The notes under the pieces are model-generated. The model did not search any database. It was not told the DNA's origin and was given only the letters and a program-made list of their open reading frames with translations. From contig NC_058368.1 of assembly GCF_018350175.1 (NCBI RefSeq), positions 11,594,001 through 11,658,000 of the forward strand: 64,000 nt of DNA, read 5' to 3'. Below, one piece after another: positions 24,021 through 37,139 of this stretch. The stretch comes from Felis catus (lineage: Eukaryota). The position numbers and the translations under genes are program-made. Positions within the stretch are counted from its first letter, which is position 1; each line of letters opens with the position of its first letter.

Positions 24021-26265
24021 TTCATAACTGTGATCCATGATTTTTCGCTCCTCTAAAAATTAACGTAACAATAATCCATTCTGCAGTTCTTTTTAACTCA
24101 AGTGTTCTGCCAGTCTTGTTAATACATGATTTAAATTTTGTTCGTAAAACAATTTGGTCTTCCCATCCTAATCATTTTCCAAGTGATCCACTCTAGAACA
24201 GGGAATAAAACTGGAGTCTCAGGTGAACAAAAAAGAATTAGAAGAATCTAACCTGAACTGCTACTACGTCCTCTATTCTTCCTTACCATTTAGACCACAC
24301 ATTATAGAGAGATCTCATGCACACACTCCTTTTTTACACATTGTAAAAAATATAGGAAGCTATATAAGCAAAATATGAAGCTTAAGTATATGCGGATATT
24401 ATCCCCTAAGAAGTGACAATGATTACAAAGTCAAGAATGTACAGCATAGGATTAGGGATAATGGTAAAAGCAGTTTGTGTTACTCAACAATTACTTAACG
24501 AGACCCTATCTTGTACGTAAAGCACTATGCCGGCTCTGTGAACGATACAAACGTTAATAATACAAAACTACAGGTTAAAGTTGAGTGTTCAAAAAATTAC
24601 ATAAATCAGGAAACTTGGGAACTGAGAGAAAAAATAAATCACTTCTAGCTGGGACAAAGTTGGCAGCATTTAATCAATTATGTTTATGCTTCCAAACCAA
24701 GTATTTCAGGAGTCATCCAGGGGAAAAAAGAGACAAACAGGGAAATTACTCTCCTGAGCTCTTTAAAAGCTCTGGATCTAAACCTGGGGCCATATCAGAG
24801 TGGTTACTCAGACAAGGTGAATAAAAAGCCATAAGATGTCAATAGTGTCAGGTATTAAAATGCTAAAGTAATAGTCTTTTCAATGTATGCAGATCAAATA
24901 ATTTATATAAGCATGTAAAATGCAAGGTTGCTTTTGTCTTTATGTCTCCTATTTACTAAAGAAGACTGGTAAATAAGTTTATGATCTAGAAAAACTGGTT
25001 CTTAATAGGGTAGAATTCTATGGAATTTAGGCAATTAATTTTTTTATATCATTAAAGCAGTCTATATTCAATGACAAATTCATATAAAGCAATACCATAG
25101 ATAATTTTTAATAACCATAAAAGCACCATTATATAGGACACTTAAAATAATATTTCACAGAACATTGTAAAGAAGCTGTTGGCCAACAAGAAATAAAGCA
25201 TACATCCTACGTGATCTTATCTATCATGGTCTCACACCAAATTAATCTGATTCTAACCTGTGGAGACTTGATTTGGAATCATAAATTCAGTATTGGTTTA
25301 AGAGGGACATCCCAGAGTTGTGGTAGAACTTTATTGTCTTAAATGCCACATAAAACGCCAAGACTGCTCATCTTGCAATGAGCATGACTTTTACGTATCC
25401 CTATATGATTTATATCTTGGGATGCTTAATTCTTGTGCTCCCAAACATTTGGGCAGCCAACTGATTATGCACATGTCTAAAAACTGCTTAATTTTTTCCT
25501 CTTAAAAACTGGTGTTTTATAAAGTCAGGCTTCTTTAATTTCCACTATTGGCACAACAGCCAAAAAGTTCATCAGGTTTAATCCTATTCGATACAGTGGT
25601 AGTTAAAACACAAGATGTGACTTTAAATAATGACACTGGTTTTCCTCAGTAGCTTTTAGAGCTATCAAGAAGAATCCAAAAGACTTTTTAACAATGACAC
25701 ATCACGAGAATAAAGGGATAATTCCCCCAAAGAGTCTACTTTGAAGGACGATATTCCCTTAGATGTATGCTCTCTAGCATATGCATTTTAGAGGAAAACC
25801 ACTCTCATCGTGACAGCCACACATCTCACATTTTTTGGATACACGGCTTATCAAAGTAGCAATGGCACTAACATTTTCCTGTCTCCCACTTCCCCACCTT
25901 TCCAACCTTCCTGATGGAGATGGGTTTTCTGGAAAAATAGATTACTTCAGAGGAAGTGGTACTGAAGCTTCTGTATATTGAACTTATGTGACTGGGTACG
26001 TTTTCAGGGTTCCATTTCCAATTGGTTCCCTAGAGAAAGTGACTTTGTTTAATCAAATCAGAATTCCAGCATCAGACCATGCATAGAGGATCACTTTTAA
26101 CAAGTGCTTGTTGAAAATGAATATAATGACTTCTGCTGAAAAACTTTCAGGTCCGACTATTTACACGGGAATTAGAGCTCTGGCTAAAACTGAACAAAGA
26201 ATAAATACCAAAAGTTGCGGTAAAAACTGATTTAGGAAAATTGTGAATGCCTGTACGATAGGCCT

Positions 26266-26524
26266 CTAATATCCATGGTGACAGCCGCCTCTTCTGTTAA
26301 AGGAGCTCTCGTTTGTGAAGCCCCCATGAGCCCTCCGGGTGGGAAACTCCGCGCAGGGATTCCAGTATCCTGCGCCGTTGGAAGGTGATGGGTTATTCCT
26401 GTCCTGGTTTCTGTTCATTCTGCTTGGCTTTTCCGCATGAAGCACACTGTGAAAGGTAACATCGTGTTCATACCGTTCCTTCATCCGGTGTATTTTTTCT
26501 CTTGGGACTCCATGAATGTTCCTT
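26266..26524 (-). CDS. N4BP2L1: N4BP2L1 exon 5 coding part (259 nt including TAG)
   Basis: catgtag|[43 protein letters not shown]...GGCHHGY*; five exons total 732 nt = 243 aa + stop. Confidence 0.95.
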
Positions 26525-26869
26525 CTACATGGGAAAAAATGCAAACATGTGCTTAAGGCAGTATATTCAAAAGGAGTTACAAGTCCTGCGTCATTACATA
26601 GATATGCACTCCCTAGTCTCAGGATTTAACTCTCACTAAAGCATAACATCTCTTTAAGGAGTTATCGTTCAGGCTCCACTCCTGTTTTTTTGTGCTGTTC
26701 TAAGGCTAAACAACTAGAGTTTCGGAAACGCTTCGTTTTTGGAACTCTCAATTTCATGCTTCAAGGTATAAAAGAACACCATGAGATCTACTTATTATAT
26801 TTTTGCCTGTTAATCATGCATATATCTATAATCCATTTGTCAGTCTGAGACACTTCTAGATGCTAATTA

Positions 26870-27033
26870 AAATAATCTTAAATTCAAGCGGGCCTCAGAA
26901 TCAACTGGGGATATAGTTCGAAATGCAGTTACCAGAGATTCCCACTGTGGCATGGGGCCCATGAACTAGGATTTTAACAATCACCTCAGGCAACTGTGAT
27001 GGGCGTGGGCCACAGACCGATTTGGGAAGCACT
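26870..27033. mobile_element. MER5-like hAT DNA transposon relic
   Basis: cagaatcaactggg...gaaatgcag...ttttaacaatcacctcagg...tttgggaagcact. Confidence 0.6.
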
Positions 27034-27481
27034 ATCTCCTTGTAACTATAGGATAAATCAGTCTTATTCCTAAAAAGTAAATTCTGATCTCACTGGTTTC
27101 TTTAAATCATTGACATCATCAAATAACACAGATAGTAAATATCAGAACCCATGCACTCAACAAGTTAGTATTATTTGGACATTTATTGCTTTATAAATTA
27201 GAAGCAGCATCTAGACCCTAAGTGAACCACAGACTGTTGAACGTTTAAACATCTTTATTGAGCCTCAATGCAAAAACGCCACTGACATGTGCAATCCCAT
27301 GCAGAGAAAAGTGCTTTCAAACGTTCATTAATGAAGAAGCATTTTAGCAGAAAGTTAAATGTGTCCTTTAAAAGGACCTAGTCCAAGCCAAAGTGTAGCG
27401 TTTAGCAGTATATTAGAAAACTGACCCAAAACTAAAGTCTTCACATTAATAAATCCAAAGTGATCAATTTCCAAGAATTAC

Positions 27482-27550
27482 CATTTCTGGCCTGAAAACT
27501 ACCATGTCCATTTCCAGCCTGAAAAGATTCTTTTGTTCGGTCTGAAATAC
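27482..27550 (-). CDS. N4BP2L1: N4BP2L1 alternative exon 4b (69 nt), probably mutually exclusive with exon 4
   Basis: gttttcag|GTATTT...GAAATG|gtaatt; phase 0/0; open frame [23 protein letters not shown]; resembles my recollection of a short human isoform. Confidence 0.7.
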
Positions 27551-27599
27551 CTGAAAACAGCAGGATACATAATGAGGAACTAGAAAAACAAAGAAGTAC

Positions 27600-27676
27600 C
27601 TTGCTAACTCTTGAACGTTGAATTTCCAGCGAGTGTCAGGTTCTCGGAATATAACTTCATAGTTATTTTCAAGTGC
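27600..27676 (-). CDS. N4BP2L1: N4BP2L1 exon 4 (77 nt)
   Basis: aatcag|GCACTT...GCAAG|gtactt; [26 protein letters not shown]. Confidence 0.94.
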
Positions 27677-29577
27677 CTGATTTTTCAAAAGTACATAAAA
27701 CATTGAAGACATGGTATGTATGTTTGGGAATGTTTATGCTGCCATTTAACATTTACTACAAATCTTTTCTAAGATTCCTTTTGTTTTACCAGTAATCCAA
27801 GGCCTTAGTTTATCTTACAAGTACCGTTGGTTCATTTCCATACTTAGCCACTCTCAGATTATATTATGGTTTCCCATGATGAGTTTTGGTCAATTTTATC
27901 TACTATGTAGGAAAATGATAAAGGTTCTCTGTTTGGGGACGTTTTTAAAAATAGATACCTGAACTAAGTTTTAAATATCCTGCCCACATGTATGAGAAAT
28001 GAATTCAGTGGCTTCTCAAAGTCCCTTATAGGATTATCACCGAGTTTTCTTCTGCCAGATGCCTTGTCCCATTCCTCATGCCTCAGTTAGAAAGTGAGGG
28101 TACCCTAGGAACAGAGCTTATGAAATAAAAATGATTTCCCAACACTCTTTACAAACTCCTCCCGCCAAGAAGGGGTTTTCCCTGCTATGCAATACAGTCC
28201 GGCCCAAAGCACCGCGCCCCGTGATCCTTGGGTTTACAGTTTGCATATAAACATCCAAATAATCTTTGCATTCATAAACTGGCTACTCCTTTCTCATCTC
28301 AAAATCTGAACTCTGTTGTCACTATCGTTTATTGTGTTACAAAATACAGAATGAAAACAGCTAAGTAAAAAGATTTCCTCGTCATTCTTGAGATTGAGAT
28401 GGACCCTTCTCATTACAAAAGGATTCAGATATCCTAGATGGAAAATACCTAATTTCTGGATCTTAGTAATAGCTGTGGGTGGCTTAAAAAGATTGCACAT
28501 TCCAGATAATAAAAAATAAGATGTCTTTCCTTAAGCCACTCTCCCACTACTCTTGGTTTTGAGTTGTGCCTTAATTAACTTGACTACTCATGTCCCCTTT
28601 CATTTCTCTGCCAAGTGGACTCTCGGTCCATGAACTGAAGTAACGACAAAATTGATGTTCATTCCTTCCTACATTCACCCAAAGTCCCACAGGCTGGGCC
28701 TAAATAAACCAGATGGATGTACAGTTAGAGAAAAGCACACCTGCAGGTAAGCTCCTTTGCCCCCAGATTAAAAAGAAGCCATGAATAGATGCCACGAGCC
28801 CAGTTTCTTAGAGATACTCACTTTACCGTTAGACAAGTGGGGATTATGTATGACAAAATTAGACTACTCATCTGTCGTCTTCTTGCCCTGTGTGTTTCAG
28901 GATCTTTTCTCCTATCTATATGCCCAATAGGGAATGAAAACTTACGACCAGAAAAGGTGAAATATGTCTGAAAACAGATCATAATTTAAAATACAAACAT
29001 AGTTTTATTCCTCTTACTTTTCTATTCTGACAGTAGAGAGCTATCTTTGTTTGCATATTTATATTTGTATACTAGTATCTTAATAGGGTTACAGTGTTAA
29101 CCCTAAATATGTTTTAAAACCAAAAAAAAAAAAAGGTCACCCCAGAACTCTCATGTGGCAACACTAAACAGTACTGAAATCCCTGCCTGCCAAAGACAGT
29201 GTCCTATCAATATAACCTACAACTCGGCTAGCAGCACTGCCCACCCCAATATTTCTCTGCAAGCTTCAGACGGTGCCCCTGTGTATAGATGTCTCTTCTT
29301 TGGAAAGCAAGACAGAAAATCAAGACAGAAAAACTATCAAGAATTCGGACCAAGGAGTGTTTACAAATGTACCCTGAGGGGATATTAGCATCTTAGCAAG
29401 TTTCAGCCACTGAACAACCGAGAAACACTAAAATAAAACCTGTTTACCTGCTCTCTGAGAGAACTACTATTAATAAAGATGAGATCATGGCAGATCGGAA
29501 AAAGAGGAAAGAACAAATGGTTCAATTTTCTCACAAAATTTCCGGAACTGAAAAATCAGAATGATGCTGTTTCCTAC

Positions 29578-29666
29578 CATGACTGCATAGGGCTTCATTT
29601 CCCAGGCGTGGAGGTTGGTATTATCAATAATAATGGGGGATATGCCATTCCTCATTGCTTTTCTGG
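29578..29666 (-). CDS. N4BP2L1: N4BP2L1 exon 3 (89 nt)
   Basis: ttgcag|CCAGAA...GTCATG|gtagga; [30 protein letters not shown] (hhhDNTN Walker-B-like motif). Confidence 0.95.
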
Positions 29667-29952
29667 CTGCAACACAATGTTATATAACAGTGAGCAACAT
29701 GCAACAATCAGAAGGGCGAGCGTACTCCATATTTTGTTATTTTTATTACAGGATGTCCTCATTACACAACTTTAGTGCCATCTATTTCAGAACCCATTAT
29801 CAATAATTTTCCTTTTCCGGGCATCTAGGGAGGTTATGCTCTGGCATTCTGTTTGGGGGGGAAAATGGCAGAACTTTCATTACACTCCTTCCATAAAACT
29901 TATTCTATGTGCACAATAGGATTTCCCGGGAATTTGGAAAGGAATTTGTCAC

Positions 29953-30080
29953 CTCTTTTCTGGTTCCATTCATGTGCTTCCTCCAGGAAGTCAGGATTGA
30001 ACTCATAGGCACCGTCTTCCCTGAAGAAAAAATCATCCGTGCTGAAAATCAGAGCCCTGGGAAAGTCGTGTTGCAATTGT
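29953..30080 (-). CDS. N4BP2L1: N4BP2L1 exon 2 (128 nt)
   Basis: ttctag|ACAATT...AAGAG|gtgaca; [42 protein letters not shown]; phase matches exon 1. Confidence 0.95.
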
Positions 30081-30585
30081 CTAGAAAGTGGGGAAATAAG
30101 AGATTACTTTATGACTAGGCACAGTCATTCTAGAAATTATTACCTTCCATCTCTAACATTCAGTGGTTTATAATTATGAGTCCACCAGGTTGTGTGTTGT
30201 TGAAATTCAACGCAAGAAGAGAGATGCTTGCTATTCATAGGAGGCGGGAGAAAACCGAGAGGCGGCTGTGTGTGCAGCACAACTCCTAAAACTCAGAAGT
30301 GTGGCCACCACATTGACTTCTGCTGCACCAAATGATTCTAGACACAACTCTGGAGGTTAAGGAGAAGGCATGATGACAGTGGGCACTAGTCCTCACCGCC
30401 GTTGCACAGTGGTGTACCAGTGCCCCCCACAGACCTGCCCTCGCGTGCCATGCCCCACTGCCACAGCCCTCCCTTCCCCGAAAGGCTCTCCCCTGTCCTG
30501 GGTCCCCTCTCCCTGGGCCTCTGTTCTCTGTAAGGACGCATCTGAGAAACTAGTTCTTGCTGAGGTATGATATAGACAAAAGTGA

Positions 30586-30620
30586 TGTGTGTGTGTGTGT
30601 GTGTGTGTGCATGTGTGTGC
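30586..30620 (+). repeat. (TG)n microsatellite
   Basis: Read directly. Confidence 0.9.
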
Positions 30621-31809
30621 ACCACCCCTATTAAGGTAACATTTACATTTCACAGTGATCTAAACCAAATGAAAAACACACCAGGAGAAGGAAAGAGGTA
30701 GACCCAGCATTCCCCATGCTTTCTTAAATCTCTATCACACTTCTCTAAATATGAAAATATCACAGAAAAAAGGGAAAACCATCGTGGAGTGTCCCCTTTA
30801 AAACAAAAAAAAAGCATACTAAATTCTGCACAAAATCGAAGAGATGTTTCCACTTGAAATCCTTATTCAGACAATTTGGTGGTGGAGGCGGGGGTGGGGG
30901 GTGCATATTATGGTAGGTAGTAACTGGGTAAATCTCTGAGCCTCCTTTCTCCTCATCTGCACAAATGAAGGATGATTTCACCTATCTTGCTAGGTTATGA
31001 CACTGAGCTAATAATGTGCAGAAACAGCAGATGCGTCACCTGACACAATGAGTGTTGGTTTCTTCCCTTTTTCCCTGCAGCACCAAAACAAATTTAACAG
31101 GCAAACAGAACATATGACAAAATGGATACACTCAGAACAAAGAAAGAGAAAAAAAAAGAATAAAAAAGGAGAAAGGTTGGAGGAAAAAAGATTGGAGAAT
31201 GACAAGAACAGGAAATGCAAAGAGAAAAGTCGAGCTGTGTAACTGTGTGTGTTTCTTCTCCACGAGAAGAGTTATCTTTAATCAGGAAAGAACAGAATGA
31301 GCATAAGGCACCGGAGCCCAGATCATAAATAAGGTCCCGGGTTGTTCTGAAAAGCTTGGGTTCAATTCTTGACTCTACGATATCCAGTCATGTCACCTAT
31401 CTCTCTAAACTGTTTTCCCGACTGAAAACCACAGATAATAGTCACTACTTATGACACAGGAGTTTCTAGTAAGGCTCAAATGAGATACGAGAAAACATTT
31501 TGCAAATGGCAAAGCACTTTTACAAATGTAAAGTACTGTTATTTTACCAATAATTATAACACAGGAGATCAAATTTACCGACCCAAACTGTTTATATGCC
31601 ACAGTAATAAAATGCACTGGAGTGCATATGTAATCTCGAAATTACTGCGAGTGAATTAGTATTGCAGTGAATGGAAGAGATGAAAAAACCAAAATAAAGC
31701 AAATGCCTCAATTTTCAAGAATGAGTGAACACATTCCAGAAACAGTAAATAAACATTTCTGTCAGAATTCTTCAGAAGGCTTGATCACATTTAAAAAGAA
31801 AGCAGCACA

Positions 31810-31997
31810 GGGGCTCCTGGGTGGGGCTAAGTCGGTTGAGCTTCCCGCTCTTGACTTCCACTCGGGTCCTGATCTCACGGTTCATGACGAGCCCTGCATG
31901 GGGATCTACGCTGACAGCACGCAGCCTGCTTGGGATTCTCTCTCTCTGCCCCTCTCCAGCCTCTCTCAAAAATAAATAAATAAACTTAAAAAAAAAG
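31810..31997 (+). mobile_element. Can-SINE
   Basis: ggggctcctgggtgg head, A tail, TSD aa(a/g)gcagca. Confidence 0.9.
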
Positions 31998-32429
31998 GCA
32001 GCATAGGTAGCTGATGGGCTGAGTTGGTAAACAGGGATATTCATTGGACACCATGTTACATTTTGATTTAAATAGGAATCTGATGGTCTCTTGATAGCCT
32101 TGTGGAAAAACGTAGACAAGAAGTTATAATGTTTTTTAATACCCAGAGGATATTAGATAACTCTGCAACTCATTAAACATTTATTGAGCATTTAATATAT
32201 GCCAAGTACTGGGTGAAGTGTTAAGGTATGATAATAAAATAAAATAGCTGCTTTCAAGGAATTCACAGCCTAGCCAAGGGGCCAGCTGACCTACAGATGA
32301 AGCACAAGAGAAGTCAGGGGCGGGAACAAGATCGGACAGGGAAGCATGAAGGAGATGATATTTGACTTGGATCTTGAGACATGAGAAAACGCTGTCGCTT
32401 GGGGAACGGGTTAAAAGCACAAGGGGTAA

Positions 32430-32635
32430 GGGGCGCCTGGGTGGCTCAGTCGGTTAAGTGTCCGACTTCCACTCAGGTCATGATCTCGCGGTTTGTGAGT
32501 TCGAGCCCCACGTCGGGCTCTGTGCTGACAGCTCAGAGCCTGGAGCCTGCTTCGGATTCTGTGTCTCCCCCTCTCTCTGCCCCTCTCCCACTTGCACTCT
32601 GTCTCTCTGTCTCTCCCTCAAAAATAAACACTAAA
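32430..32635 (+). mobile_element. Can-SINE (SINEC_Fc-like) beside an L2 remnant
   Basis: TSD aaaagcacaag(g/a)ggtaa; L2 3'-end motif aaacatttattgagca at ~32176. Confidence 0.93.
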
Positions 32636-33449
32636 AAGCACAAGAGGTAAGAGGAGGAAGCTAATGCTTTAGGGCTTATTACGAGAAAGGAGCTCTAGGG
32701 ATAAACAAGAATGAAAACACTAAGGATTAAAAGTGGCAAATCATATTTGAAGCATTTCTCCACTCTGAATGCTACATAATTTAAAGAGAAATTTGGCAAG
32801 CTGGAATATGTCCGCAGAAAAGTAACCAGGTATCAGATGAGCAAAGATCATCAAAAGAATGTGCAGTGTTTAAACTGGGGGCAGGGTGTAGATGGGGGGT
32901 GGGGGGGTTGTAGATTTGTATGATCTTCCTGAATAGTCATTCCTTCAGAAACTTGTTTTATCTTCACCTGAATGTTAAATTAGCACCGGCAGGTACAGTA
33001 GCATCTGGAACCTGCAGAACAATGAACACTCTCCTAGCTAAACAAAGAACTGATTAAGTAGACAAATCTTGAGATTCCCAAACTTAGGTGGAAGCAATAA
33101 ATACCATTCCATCAGCTTCAGCAGTGATCAGGACAATGCATCAGCTCTAGCTTTCTGTATGGTGGTCAGGAGCCTCATGCATTGGGGAAATTGAGAGAAT
33201 GAAAACAAAAGAAAAGGAAAAAAATAGAAAGACAATTACTTCCACAGAACCTTCAACTCCACAGCTCAAAGTCCCCCCTCAAATTCACTTAAAATGAAAA
33301 CTATGAGAGAAACTCAGGTACTAATCTTGATTTCACAACTTATCACTCTTCTGTGTAATTCTTTCTTTAATCATAAACACCCATGGAAACATATTCAGGT
33401 GTCTATTAGTCACTCACTCACTGACAAAGTCCAATATTACTATGTAATT

Positions 33450-35720
33450 TTGAGTTGGACCCCAACTTTCATATGTAAATTTTCCAACATGCAAAAGTAG
33501 ACAGAATACAATCGTTCCCCCAGTACCCATGACCCAGGGTCAACAATTATCATAGCCAATCTCATTTCATTTGCTTCATACTTCATTTCACCAAATGTCC
33601 CATCAGTCCTCATATTTCCCTGATTGTCTCCTAAATGCATCCCTAGGACTGATTTGTTTGAAGCAAGACCCAAACAAGATCCACACATTGTATTTGGATG
33701 CCAAATCCCTCACATCTCCCTATTCCATAACTTTTCTCTCTCCTTTTTATTTTCACCTGAATTATTCCCCACAATCCCTCATATTTAGAAGATGTTCAAA
33801 CCTTTAGAAATGAGTTGAAAGAATAATTCAATGAACATTGCTTACCCTTCACCTACAGTCACCAGTTGTTAACATTTTGCCTCATTTCTCACATATGAAT
33901 TTTTGATGAACCATTTGAAAATTAAGTTGCAGGCATGACACTTTCTTCCTAAATTCTTTGTCAAGTATCTCCTATGGATAAGAACATTCTCCTACATAAC
34001 TACAATAACATTATCACATCTAGAAAATGAACACTAATTTATAATAGCTAATGTCAATTGAATTTTTAAATTTAAAAATTTTAAATTTCCCTGATGGTCC
34101 CAATAACATCTTTCATAGGGTCACGTACTGCATTTGGTTATTATGTTTGTGTCATTTAATCTAGAACTGTCCTTGTGACTTCTTTGGTTTCCCTTTTTGA
34201 AGAGTCCAGATCAGTTGGCTTAAGTACACCCCACATTCTATGTTATTTTGATGATTTCCTCATGATTAGATCCAGGTTACACACTTTTAGAAGGAAAGCA
34301 CAGAGGTAATGTTTGTGTACTTCTTTTTGCACGTAATAACAGTTTGTACCGTCGTGTTCAATTTGGTCACGTGGCTTCTAAAAGGTGGTGTCAGCCAGAT
34401 CTCTCCACCCTAAAGAAACATGGTTTCTCTTGCAATGTATGTAATGGCAGGACAGGGATGGTGGGAGTGGGCGTGAAGCTGTCAGACCCCAGGTAAGGAG
34501 CCTGTTGCCCACCAGCCTTTTGCCCAGTGATCTTCACATTCGTTGCTGACCACGCCTGAACCAAGTATTACATCAGGAACTGCAGAATGTTGATTTTTCT
34601 CATTATGTAATTTCTTCTACATTTACTTTGTGGCATTGTCTTGTAAAGAGGAACTTTCTCTCCCCTTTTAGTAATCTTTAACATCCTTATTCTTTATGAT
34701 GTTCAAATTGTCCCATATTTGGCCACGAGGTATCCCTTCAAGTTGGCCCCTGTGTCTTATATACGCCCCTTTGTCTATACAACCTTAAAAATACTGCTTT
34801 TCCTTTCTAATTAGCAAAGACATACATATTCACTGCAGAATATTTTTAAACAGAAAACTGCAAAAAAGTGGAGGTTTCTATGTTCCCCCATCTAAAAATA
34901 ATTATTAACATTTTGACCTTCTTTCCAGGAAATAGATAGATAGGTAGTTGGGTGAGTAGATAAGCCGGTAGGTAGATAGGTGATAGAATTTTGTATCTGA
35001 TGTTTTGTTACATAAAAATAGAAACATAATATAGAGCATACCAAATTTTCACCAAATTTACTTCCAAAGCTATTATTTCCCAACTCATGAAATACAGTTC
35101 TATGACATTATTTTTAATGACTATGACACAAATATTGATATGGATATACCATAATTTACTTCACTAATGCCCTACAGTTAGGCATTTATTTTGCCCCCAA
35201 CTTCTTTGATTATCAGCAAGATTATTTTATGTTTTCTAATTATTTAGAGGTACTCTTTTATGAACTGCATTTTCATGTCCTTAGTTAATAAACGTTATCT
35301 GTTTCTTACTGAGTATGTAATCTTTTTAATTTTGTTTATGATAAACTCTGACATAAAAGTCTGAATTTTTAGAAATTTTTCTAGGCACATGTATCCATCT
35401 TTTATTTTCTACTTTCTGCTCTTGATGATACATTTACATCAATCTTTCCCACTCCAAGTTTACGTAAATATTCATCTTTGTTCTATTACATTTTATTCCC
35501 CAGTTCATCTAAAATTTTATTTTGGTATCATGTATTGGTTAAGCATCTAACTAGATTTTTTTTTTCCACGTGGAAAACCAGTCATCCCAAATCCATTAAC
35601 GGAATAATTTGCCAATTCCCCACTGTTTTGAAATACTTTCTTTATATATAAGTGATAACAAATAATGAGGCCTGTTATTGGACTTTCTACTTTTTCCACT
35701 AAGGTTGATGTGTAAATTCT
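33450..35720. mobile_element. Old L1M (L1MC/ME-like) fragments
   Basis: Degraded 3'-region motifs (ttttccaacatgcaaaagtagacagaat; ccatttgaaaattaagttgcaggcatga); boundaries approximate. Confidence 0.55.
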
Positions 35721-35859
35721 TCATTGTCTTCTTTTCCAGTATCTTTTTTTTTATTATATTCAGTAGTTGTGAATTTTTCCTTTATATGATTTATATTTTT
35801 ATATTCTCATTTTATTGCAGAGACATTTCTGAACACTACCACATAAAAGGACTTTCTTA

Positions 35860-35941
35860 TGTAAGCTCTGCACCCAACATGGGGCTCAAACCGACCCAAG
35901 CAGCAAGAGCCACATGCTCTACTGAGCCAGCCAGGCGCCCC
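35860..35941 (-). mobile_element. Partial Can-SINE
   Basis: atggggctcaaacc...ctactgagccagccaggcgccc. Confidence 0.75.
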
Positions 35942-36382
35942 AAAGATCTCCGTTTGTTGATGTCTTTGATTCTTCTCATGGTGGGCTAAAATTGGTTGTT
36001 CCAATAAATTTTCTTTTCTTTTCAAGAGTGCTGAGTACTAAACAAGGAGCTTGACATGTATCATCTCTCCTTAACCTTTATCACAGTCTTATGAACTAAA
36101 TAATATTTTCTCTAGTTTTTAGATAAAGAAACTAAGTGTTCAAGATGTTAAATAACTGGTCCAGGTTTACACAGCTTGGATGCTGTGCTGCCTAAATTTT
36201 ACCTCAGGTCTACACAGAGTTCAGATACATGGGTGTTAGATACTTTGCCAGCTCTTGTGGATCTAAGACCTTCTATTGTCTTTACACATCAGCAGTTTGG
36301 CTTGATGAGAATTACTGGATTACAGTCCTTTCCCACAGATGTTTATAGTTCACATATGTTTCAGTTAGAAATGAGTTTAACT

Positions 36383-36590
36383 GGGGCACCTGGGTGGCTC
36401 AACCGTTTGAGCGTCCGACTTCGGCCCAGGTCACGATCTCACGGCAGGTCTGTGCGTTGGAGCCCTGCGTCAGGCTCTGTGCTACCGGAGTCCGGAGCCT
36501 GCTTCAGATTCTTGTCTCCCTCTGTCTGCCCCTCCCCTGCTCGCTCGCTTGCTCTCTCTCAAAAATAAGCAAACAAACATTAAAAAAAAG
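36383..36590 (+). mobile_element. Can-SINE
   Basis: ggggcacctgggtggctcaaccg head and A tail. Confidence 0.92.
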
Positions 36591-37139
36591 AAAGTGGCAC
36601 GCTGCCACACCCAACAAAAAGTAATTAAGGAAATTCAGGTAGTTAATTAACAGCTTTTGCAACAGTCTTACCAGGTTATGTCTAAGTGCTGGGTTTATAT
36701 TTTTATCATTTTCGTTCAGGTCGTCAGCTCAGAAATATGTGCTATTATACCTGTAATCGTTGCTTTGGTTATATTTATTACGGTTTTATTTATATTTATT
36801 CTCACATTTGTCTTCTATATTACTTTTTGATTTTTCTGTATTGTGATTCTATTCACCTCCATCTCTAACAGACTTTAAAAATCCAACATTTTCTTTGGAT
36901 ACTTTTTAAAAAGTAGATCTCATTTAGCTCATTTTTAATTTTTTTCTGCTTCCCTGCCAACTCCCTTCATGTTTCATACCTATTATTATTTTTGTATCTC
37001 ACACCATGGAGAGAAATTTTCAAGAAAAAACAAACTTTAAATATATAGAAAAGGAAAAAATAATAATATAACAAGTATCTGTATACACACCATCTGGAGC
37101 TGATAATTGTTAACATTTTCTCATATTTGTGTTGTTGGC

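Noticed and set aside
26717..26747. Short hairpins (gagtttcggaaacg...cgtttttggaactc; also cttcgaa-cgt-ttcgaag at 13511-13527)
   Set aside because: Too short or imperfect to distinguish from chance; no ncRNA hallmarks
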